Shown: piece after piece, positions 39,849 to 48,800 of the stretch
How positions within the stretch are numbered: the first letter of the stretch is position 1
Layout of the letters: every line of letters begins with the position of its first letter
Source of the DNA: Alphaproteobacteria bacterium
GTDB lineage: Bacteria > Pseudomonadota > Alphaproteobacteria > G965222575
Assembly: GCA_965222575.1 (NCBI GenBank)
Contig: OZ244958.1
Coordinates: forward strand, 1,088,001-1,152,000
Length of the DNA stretch: 64,000 nt
Direction: 5' to 3'
Translations under genes and position numbers: made by a program
Notes under the pieces: generated by a model
The model's input: the letters and a program-made list of their open reading frames with translations, nothing else
What the model was told of the DNA's origin: nothing
Database searches by the model: none

Positions 39849-40744
39849 TTTTCTCCGACTCTTTCCGGATACACCAACTCATCTGTACTCTGCTGACGAC
39901 TACAGATGCTCAAATATAAGACCACTTTATCGCACGATACCTGTAATGTATGCTCTTCTCCTCCCACCCGCACTAAGATATTAAGCAAATTACACAGCTC
40001 CTCTCTATGCGCTCTTGTCAACTCCCCTTCTTTCTTCAAGTCTCCCCTCTTGTATATCTCCAATACACAACTATCTACAAAGGGACGAAACATTTCTATC
40101 AAATCATCCGCTAAATTGTAACCATTCAATGTACTGCAATGATGTAACCCAAAACAAGGCAAAAATCCATAAGATACCAATGAACGCGATAGACACGCTC
40201 GCACAATTGCATATCCATAATTCAATGCCCCATTAATAGCATCTTCTCTCCCCCTCTTAAAATCATCAAATAAAGACGGCCAATATAAACGCGCCGCATA
40301 GGATTCCAGATTATCTCTATCACCTGATTTTACCCTACCTGATATCATTTTAAGTTTACGCGCCATATCCCTATCACGTCTTTCTAAACACTGTGCCTGA
40401 TTATTGATTTTATGCTTGATAATGAATTGCCAACTACGCTTCTTAAATGCAGATGTCCAGTTTTGTTGTACATGTGCCATTTCTGTTTGCCTATGGTGCT
40501 GGTGAAAAGGCATCAGTATCCCATTAGGCATGTGCTTCTCATCACACATCACCACCACAACACCATTATTTTGTAAATGAGATAGCAGTTTGGATGTTAA
40601 AGTAACCTGATGGCTTTCTAAAACCACACAGCCTATGTCTTCCGCTGGAATAGTACTTGAACCAGAGTCGTTGGTAATACAAACCTGACCATTTTTTACC
40701 GATAGGTGCGCTTTATTTTGTATGAGAAGAGATCGCCAAGACAT
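39845..40744 (-). CDS. cas1: Type II CRISPR Cas1
   Basis: MSWR, CDEKHMP.G, E..AA..YW, N.ALNYGYAI.R, NLADDLIE.FRP.VD. Confidence 0.96.
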   Translation of the reverse strand: MSWRSLLIQNKAHLSVKNGQVCITNDSGSSTIPAEDIGCVVLESHQVTLTSKLLSHLQNNGVVVVMCDEKHMPNGILMPFHQHHRQTEMAHVQQNWTSAFKKRSWQFIIKHKINNQAQCLERRDRDMARKLKMISGRVKSGDRDNLESYAARLYWPSLFDDFKRGREDAINGALNYGYAIVRACLSRSLVSYGFLPCFGLHHCSTLNGYNLADDLIEMFRPFVDSCVLEIYKRGDLKKEGELTRAHREELCNLLNILVRVGGEEHTLQVSCDKVVLYLSICSRQQSTDELVYPERVGEK

Positions 40745-43700
40745 TACGTTTCTCTCTCTTTTCCTGATCCTTACCTTTACAGCTTATAATGACAGCTTCC
40801 TTGTGGTAGCCTAAAATATCTATACGATATTTAGAAAATTCCTCTAGCCCTTGTACACCTATACCTCTTATGCGACCCTCTTTAAGGGTTTTTTCATGCG
40901 GCAAAATGCTAATGTTTCCATTTCTTCTGTCGGTACCACGAAAATAGCCTTTTCTCTCTTTTTTCCCTTTAAGGGTAACAACATAATCGTTTGTATAGAG
41001 GGAAAACAGAAAGTGTTTATCATCTATTGCTGGCCAATCTTTCTCTCTCTTCACCAGATTTAATCACTTTATTCGGCAGAGAGGGGTTTTTACCAGCAGA
41101 ATGATGTGCGTATATCGGAACAAGATAATAGCCTCCTTTTTTAAATACCTTCTTACCCTTTTCATCCCGCACATCTTCTTCACAGAAAAACACATCCGTG
41201 CGAATCATCTCCCCCCGAGATACAATTCCTCCATTTATCTTTAATCCATCCTCCTTTTCCTCAGTGATAATGCGAATATGTTTGATTTCAGGGCCGTTAC
41301 TTCCATCTTTTCTTGGCATATATACTGGGGACGAAAAAGGATGCTTCTCTTTACCCTTTTCATTTTTCACAGGGGGGCTATCAAGCCGCTCTTTCAGCAC
41401 ATTATAAAGAGCGGCATTGCGTTCTTTATCTACCATCTTCTCCAGATCCCCTTTTTTGACCTTAGAGAGCACTATGCGTTGTACAATCCTTTCAGGATGT
41501 TCTTCTATCTCAATATGTGTCACACACTTATTATGAAGAAAAACAGGTTCTGAAAAAGCCTCTTTAGGGTTTTGATGATGGGCCTTCTTCAAACGCTCTT
41601 TTAGGAGTTGATACAACTCTTCATTGTCACCTTTCTTATCCACCAGCTTCTCTAGCTTGTCACTGGTGACCTTACAAAGCCGTAAGTGTTGTGTACGACG
41701 AGGACGAAGACTGCGCACAGTCTCTTCATGAGCAGCTCCTGTTATTTTGCAACGTCTTGCACGGCTTACAAAAACCTTCTCTACTGCCTCTATAGCATCC
41801 TCCCTAAAAGAATCCCATGCTTTTGGAATAAATTTACCCTGTTCCTTATATTTGTCATATTTATTCCAGTTGGTAAATTTCTGTACCATCTCTTGAGTAG
41901 AGGAGGCTACAATAATAGCATCCATGGCATGGTGAAGATTGTTATCACGATGTTTCTTCCCTAACCCCCACCGCCCTCGTAATTCTGCTGTTAACGCCCC
42001 ATTGCGGACTTGGACACGATTTTCATTTTCAGGGCCAAGTTTGAGATGGCTTTCAATGAAAGATTTTATTTCACGGGCAATGTACCTTGTATCGTTGAGA
42101 TTACGGGATTTAAACTCGTTTTCTTCCTCCTCTGTTAACTCCTCCATCAAAAGATGTCTTTTCTTTTTTTGTTGCCACTTAGGTAAATGATTAGCCATAT
42201 CCTCAAGGTCTGCAACATCTCGATCTATCCTTTGAAAATACGCATAGGGAATATCATTCCCTGCGTCTTGGTTTTCTGTCTTGAAAACAAGAACCTTATT
42301 CTGATAGGAATTATCAAATGTGCGACTTTTCGGTAAAATATGGTGAACTTCTGTTATGGCTCCATCACATACCTTTTGCGGCTCAATATATTTAAAAGAA
42401 AGGGCACATCTCTGTTCTTGATCTTTCCATAGACGATATCTCAAAATGTCTTCTCCTTTTGGCTCTCTACCTTCCAATTCCCGTATGTGGTTTTTAGCTG
42501 TTTCTCTCTCTTCTTCGTTCTTTTTTTGCTCCTTTTCAATATCAGAACGTGCTTTAGCAGATTTTCCTACCTCTCTAGAGAGTTCTATAAAGATAGACTC
42601 TGGCTTACCGTGTTTGCGAATACAAGCATTAACGACTTTGATAAGTTGAGCAATAGAGCGCCCCACAACCGGGTTAGGGATAAAGCCTTCATATGGCGGC
42701 AAGAGGTCTTCACTTCCTTTTGCTTTCTTAGAGTGGTGAAATCCCGCCTTTTCACAGGCCTCGTTATACAAATCCCCTTCTTCCATAAAGGGCAAAATCT
42801 TGCGAATGCACTTCAATGAAAGATGTAAAGTCCCACTAAAGGAAGTGATATGGCTTAGTTCTTCGGCTTCTTCATGAAAACCAATGTTTTTCAGCTTTTT
42901 GAGGATTTTTTTATCATCATGCTCAAAAGAAAGAATAGCAGCGGCGTGATCTAACCGGCCTCGTTTTGCGCTGTAGTACAGACTTTCGAAATCGGCTTCT
43001 GTCATCCCTGCTTTCAGTAAGGCCTCTTTCAAAATATGTCTATTTTTCAAGGTGACAAATATCTTTGTTGGTTTATCATTTTTTCTGTAAAAGTTTATAT
43101 GATGAACCTCACAGTCTAGGATTTTTGCCGCAGCAGTGAAAGTTACCCCGGTTTTGTCTTTCAGACATTTCTCATAAAGTTGTTTTTTCTTATCTGAAGA
43201 GATTGGCTTGTTCTTGACTTTAAGGTTGTTGAGTTTCCCCCAAAGAGCAAACAACTCTGCTGTAGGAGAGCATTTAGGTGCTCGTCTTTCCTTTGGAAAA
43301 AAGGTACATTGTCCTACTAACCCAGAGGAAGATTTTAAGGGGCGTTGGGTAAAGGCAAGGTCTTGAAACTTCTCTTGTAATTTCTCTGTGGCTTTTGTAT
43401 TGCCAAAGATACGTTGTTTCTCAAAAATGAGTTCTACCTCGTCTCCTAAATCATCGCGCTTGACTGTCCGTTCATAATGTCCTTCTCTATTCCGTTTCTT
43501 ATCACAAGTTGCTAGGTAGGCTCCGATAGTTTCTGCTTCTGCGGCTTCCTTTTCTCCTTGAAGTGTCTTAATACCACCTAAGGCCTTTGTGTTTTCCTTA
43601 TCTCCTGCTTCTTGCTTTTTGCTATTAGACTGATAGCCCCGTCGTTTTGCTATATGGAATAAAGCAGTAGCGAGTTCTTTATGGTCTAATAGCCTTTCTA

Positions 43701-43986
43701 GGGCCTCTTTTCGCAAGTTCCATGGGTTGCTTACACCAATTGCAGAAACTTCCAGCCCACGTTGCAAGAAGAGCTTTTTTATGGCGTTTTTACGACTAGC
43801 ACGGCGGTGAATAGTACGCCTTTGACTCCGAAATCCTCGTCTTTCTGCCGCTAAAGAGCCTTTATTTTTTGGTTTCTCTGCTGCATCAAAAACACGTACT
43901 CCAGCAAATGTTATCGTTTTCTCGGCTTTCTCTATCCCTGCAAATCCTACAGAAGCAATGCCTATATCTAACCCTAGCTTATACAT
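40713..43986 (-). pseudogene. cas9: Type II-C Cas9, frameshifted at about 41045 (988-aa ORF plus about 110-aa PAM-interacting part in another frame)
   Basis: LGLDIG RuvC-I, Arg-rich bridge helix, IELSRE, HHILP HNH, HHAMDA; the second frame continues with KDWPAIDD..FLFSLY.ND; no csn2 or cas4 present. Confidence 0.93.
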
Positions 43987-44010
43987 CAGTCCTCTCCCTA
44001 ATCTTACAAG

Positions 44011-44040
44011 TTGACAATTGCTAGAGATTTATTCTACTCT
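44011..44040 (+). promoter_or_regulatory. Putative tracrRNA promoter
   Basis: TTGACA-18 bp-TACTCT, about 6 nt upstream of the anti-repeat. Confidence 0.6.
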
Positions 44041-44046
44041 AAAATG

Positions 44047-44163
44047 AACAATATTGGAACTGTTGTTATAATAAGAGTGGTGGTTCTATAACCATCACAC
44101 GCGGGGTAACTGTTTACAGTATCCCCTTCCCCTTCACGGTGCGCCGTGAGGGGGCTTTTTCTT
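44047..44163 (+). ncRNA. tracrRNA
   Basis: Anti-repeat AACAATATTGGAA-ctgtt-GTTATAAT versus repeat reverse complement AACAATATTGGAA-tggaa-GCTATAAC; followed by stem-loops and a CCCCTTCACGG/CCGTGAGGGGG hairpin with a T-run. Confidence 0.9.
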
Positions 44164-44321
44164 TACAGAAGATACCAGAGGTCATAGCAAAGGAGCAAAA
44201 TACTTCTCCCATGTTTTGATTCCCTCGCACAAGGGGGCTAGTAGACCAAAGCCTCCATAAGACTTTCTTAAACTCACCCATTTATCATAGGGAGTTCCAC
44301 AATTAAAATTAGGTGATAGAT

Positions 44322-45600
44322 ATGCCTCTTAGCGCTGGAATGCAATTTTTGCAAGGAACACAAGGAGCAATGCCAGCGGGAGCCCTTAGAATAGAAGGTG
44401 GAACCCTCTCATACGCAATAAAGGGAAGTTTCCTCGATAAAACCGTGAAAAGCTATACAGGTGAGCTTCTGAATAAGAAAAACCAAGGGGTTTTTGAGCA
44501 TGTAGGAAAGATGCTAGCAGACAGAAAGTATGTCGCCAAAGATATTGCCAATGATTTTAGTAAATGCATCAAAAATCGTTCTGTAACAGTTGAAGACCTG
44601 AGAAATTTCATTGAGCAAAATAAAGATAAGTTTGATAAACCCTCCCCTCCTAAGACTAACTAAGCCTAAGCCTCGCTCTAGGCAACCCCAGCTTTCAGCA
44701 AGTGAAAGCCTCCCTTCTCGCGTGCGCCCGGACACTATAGCGTTAGAGATTAAGCAAATGTCGGAGATGAAAAAGGAAAGGGCAGAGCACTCTCTTGTGT
44801 CTTTAACAACTAATACCTTCTTAGATGATACTACGGTATTGAACGGTCTAGGCGATACAATAGGAATGATGGGTAAAGGGGCTGAACATATCCCATCCGG
44901 CGCATGGAGCAAGTTGAATGATATGCTTATTAGTAAGCTTGGAAAGACATTAGAAAATGAAACCCGCTCTAAAGAGGGGTTAGAAGAGACTTTTAGAGGA
45001 CATCTTAAGGATGTAGGAATGAAAGATACTGGAGAGCGGGGGATAACGTTGGGTGATGTGCGGTCTTTCTTAAAAACCTTAGATGATAAGCAAGTTCTCT
45101 CAGCAAGTGAAAGCCTCTCCTCTCCCTCGCCTAAGCCTTCTCGCTCAAGGCAACCCGATCTTTCAGCAAGTGAAAGCCTCCCTTCTCGCGTGCGCCCGGA
45201 CACTATAGCGTTAGAGATTAAGCAAATGTCGGAGATGAAAAAGGAAAGGGCAGAGCACTCTCTTGTGTCTTTAACAACTAATACCTTCTTAGATGATACT
45301 ACGGTATTGAACGGTCTAGGCGATACAATAGGAATGATGGGTAAAGGGGCTGAACATATCCCATCCGGCGCATGGAGCAAGTTGAATGATGTGCTTATTA
45401 GCAAGCTTGGAAAGACATTAGAAAATGAAACCTGCTCTAACGAGCGGTTCGAAGAGGATTTTAGAGGACATCTTAAGGATGTAGGGATGAAAGATACTGG
45501 AGAGCGGGGGGTAATGTTGGGTGATGTGCGGTCTTTCTTATCAACCTTAGATGACAAGCAAGTTCTCTCACCAGAATTGTCTGCTAAGTTAAAGTCCTAA
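44322..45600 (+). pseudogene. Frameshifted repeat-domain protein of unknown function (ORFs 44313 and 44611 are one gene)
   Basis: The junction segment is in frame in its copy at 52755-52948; contains a 468-bp internal duplication. Confidence 0.7.
44692..45570 (+). repeat. Near-identical direct repeat with a 468-bp period
   Basis: ctttcagcaagtgaaagcctcccttctcgc at 44692 and 45160. Confidence 0.95.
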
Positions 45601-45681
45601 GGGCAGGGAGACTAAGCAGAGGGGGTTTCTAACCCACCACAAGATAGCTAATGGAATAGGGCTCTGATATAGGGTGGTGTA

Positions 45682-45835
45682 ATGGAACGCTTAAAGCAGT
45701 GGTGTGCGGATATATAGCTTGCAGAAAGAGGGTAAGTATGATTATCTATTTGTAGATGAGAAAAGTTTCAAGAAACATAAGATGACTGCCTTTGCAGCCC
45801 TCCTCACCAGCTTGCAGAAGCATAAGGAGGAATAA
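45682..45835 (+). pseudogene. Remnant resembling the C-terminus of a type III restriction (Res-like) subunit
   Basis: MERLKQWCADI then, in another frame, KYDYLFVDEKSFKKHK...; recognised from memory, not searched. Confidence 0.5.
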
Positions 45836-45838
45836 CCC

Positions 45839-48800
45839 ATGACGATAGATAGCTTAACACGACAGATCAGCAAGCAACAACAGAGTAGCGATTTCGAGCT
45901 AAAAATAGAGATTGCACCGAACATAAATTTCGCATGCCATCAAAATAGCATTCCCTTTATAGAGAATATCTCCATCTTGAACAGTTCTTCCTCCATGTTT
46001 GAAAATCTCGAACTAAAAATGGAAGCATCTCCTAACTTTATAAAGCCAAGAACATGGCACTTAGAGAAATTATTAAGTGGTCAGGAAATTGAAATCCCTA
46101 AAGAAAAATTAGATCTAGAACTGGAAGGTGATTTTCTGTTTAATCTAAAAGAGTCCATAAAGGGCAATATCAGCTTTCTTTTGTATCAGGAAGATAATAC
46201 ACATGTTGCCGCAAAAAGTCTTAAAACGACAGCCCTTGCAAGAAATGAATGGGGAGGATATGGTTTTTATCCTGAAATCCTTGCAGCATTTTCCATGCCT
46301 AATGATGAAGCAGTGGATAAGCTGCTTCATCAAGCAACTAAGATTTTGCAAGATTCTGGAAAAACAAAGACAATAAAGGGATATGAAGACGCTAATCGTA
46401 AAGATGTTTGGCTTTATGCCTCCGCTATTTGGTCTGCACTCCAAACTTGGGAATCATCATATTCTTATCCTCCCAAAAGTTTTGAGTGTACAGGGCAAAA
46501 AATTCGAAGTCCGTCTACTATCTTTGAAACCCAAAGAGCAACATGTCTTGACACTTCCATGCTGTTTTGTGCTGCTCTTGAGCAAGCCAATTTAAATCCT
46601 ATAGTTATCCTTAAAAAGGACCATGCTTTTGTTGGATTATGGATGATAGATGAAAGCTTCTCGGACGTTGTGAATAAGGATGTTGTAGACCTTAGAAAAC
46701 GGATTGATTTAAATGATATTCTTGTGTTTGAAACAACCTTTATTACCAATCGCCCCCCACTCCCTTTCAAAAAAGCTATAGAAGAAGGCAAACAACATAC
46801 AGAAGAGGAGGGGGAATTTGTTGTTGCAATTGATATCAAACAAGCTCGGAACAAGCGTGTTACTCCTTTAGATTTTGCAAAGAGTGATCTAAGAACTAGG
46901 GAGGAGCCCAGAAAACAGGAGGAAAATATCTCTTTAGATGATGCTCCTGATGATTTAGAAGATATCTCTAAAATAGAAATCCCAGAAGCTTCAAAGTCCC
47001 CTAAAGATCGCCTAGAAAAGTGGCAACAAAAGTTGTTAGATCTCACTTTAAGGAATCCTCTTATAAATTTTAGATCTACAACGAGAAACATTACATCCAT
47101 TGTTTGTCCTTCACCTGCAAAGCTAGAAGATATAATAGCAAGCGGAAAAACGATAAATATACAACCACTGCCGGTTGATATAATAGAACAAAGACAAGAT
47201 ATACATAAGGCAAAAACAGGAGCCTTCTTGGAGAAGGAAGTTGCTCTTAAAGGCCTAGATAAAAACCAGCCTGTAATGTATGTACGAGAAGATAAAGACA
47301 CTCTTCAAAAGAGGCTTATCGGACTCTTTAGAGCAGCAAATCATGATCTAAAAGAAGGGGGGGTCAATACATTATTTCTTGCTTTAGGTTTTCTTGTTTG
47401 GAAACGGGAGAAAGATAAAAAGAAATGCAGAGCTCCATTAATTTTGTTACCAGTAGAACTGAAGCGAGCATCCGTTGTATCTAGACCGCAGATGGTGTCG
47501 AATGGAGAGAATACCAGTTTTAATAAAACACTTCTTGAAATGTTAAAGCGGGACTTTTCTGTTCCTATTCCCGGTTTGGATAAAGAATTACCCGCTGATG
47601 ACAGTGGGGTAGACCTGGGGAAAATATGGAATATTGTTCGCTTAGGGGTCAAAGATATTGAAGGATTTGAAGTTAAAGAGGATATTGCGCTCGGACGGTT
47701 CTTTTTTTCAAAGTATCTCATGTGGAAAGAGTTAGTAGATCGTACCGATGATCTGAAAAAGAATCCTGTAGTTCGTCTTCTTCTTGAGGGGAAAAGCGAT
47801 GTTTATAAGCAGAATCTTGCTTTTCCTAAAGAAAAAAGTTTGGATGAAAGCTATTCTCCTAAAAATATTTTCACACCGTTATCTGCAGATTCGTCACAGC
47901 TATCCTGTATCATAGCAGCCCAAGAGGGCAAGGATTTCATTATCATTGGTCCTCCTGGAACAGGAAAATCTCAGACCATTTGTAATATAATTACGCATCT
48001 TATAGGACATGGGAAAACAATCTTGTTTCTTGCAGAAAAAGTTGCTGCCCTCAATATGGTATATAAGAGACTTAAAGACAACAAACTTGGGCATTTTTGC
48101 TTAGAGATCCATTCCAATAAAGCTAATAAAAAGCATGTTCTAAATCAGCTTGAATCTGCGAGCCTTAGAGAGGAAGATTGTACATTAAGAAATGGCTGGC
48201 AGATAAAAACCTCTAGTTTACAAGAATATCGAGATAAATTAGGGCAACATCTGAAGAGTCTCCACACGAAACATAAGAACGGCATGACCATTTATGAAGC
48301 TATGGGAAAAGCACTTCAAAAAAATTCTCATATTGATCTTTCATTTTCAAGTGTTGATCAACACACGGAAGAGGATATACAAGAATTGCGGCAGATTGTA
48401 GGTGAGCTAAAAACTCTTGCTGAAAATAATAAAGAATACTATGAAAAAGGATCTTATCACCCCTTTGATTTCATTAAAAAAGAGGAGTGGTCAGAGAAAT
48501 GGAAGCAAGAAATATGTGATTTAGCGGATGATCTTAAATCACATGCAGAAAAATTTCATAAAGATATAAAAGAGGTTTTAGGACATTTTGATTGGGGGGA
48601 TAAGTTGCTCAGCTTTCAGCAATCGAATGAGCTGGTTAATCTGGCTAACATATTATTGAATCTTGAAAGAACAGAACCTGACTTTGTGCTTGGGCCTTGT
48701 GGATATCAAGATTATGAGAATCTAGAAAAAGGGCGTGATTTGCTAGAGCAGTATTGTTCAAAAACAAGGGATTTATCTGTGTTATATAAACCTCATGCAT

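Noticed and set aside
44692-45570. 468-bp repeat and ankyrin repeats as a DGR template/variable pair
   Set aside because: No reverse transcriptase in the window, and many mismatches are at non-adenine positions.
45627-45638. 12-nt match to spacer 8 (GGTGGGTTAGAA, minus strand)
   Set aside because: Short and PAM-distal.
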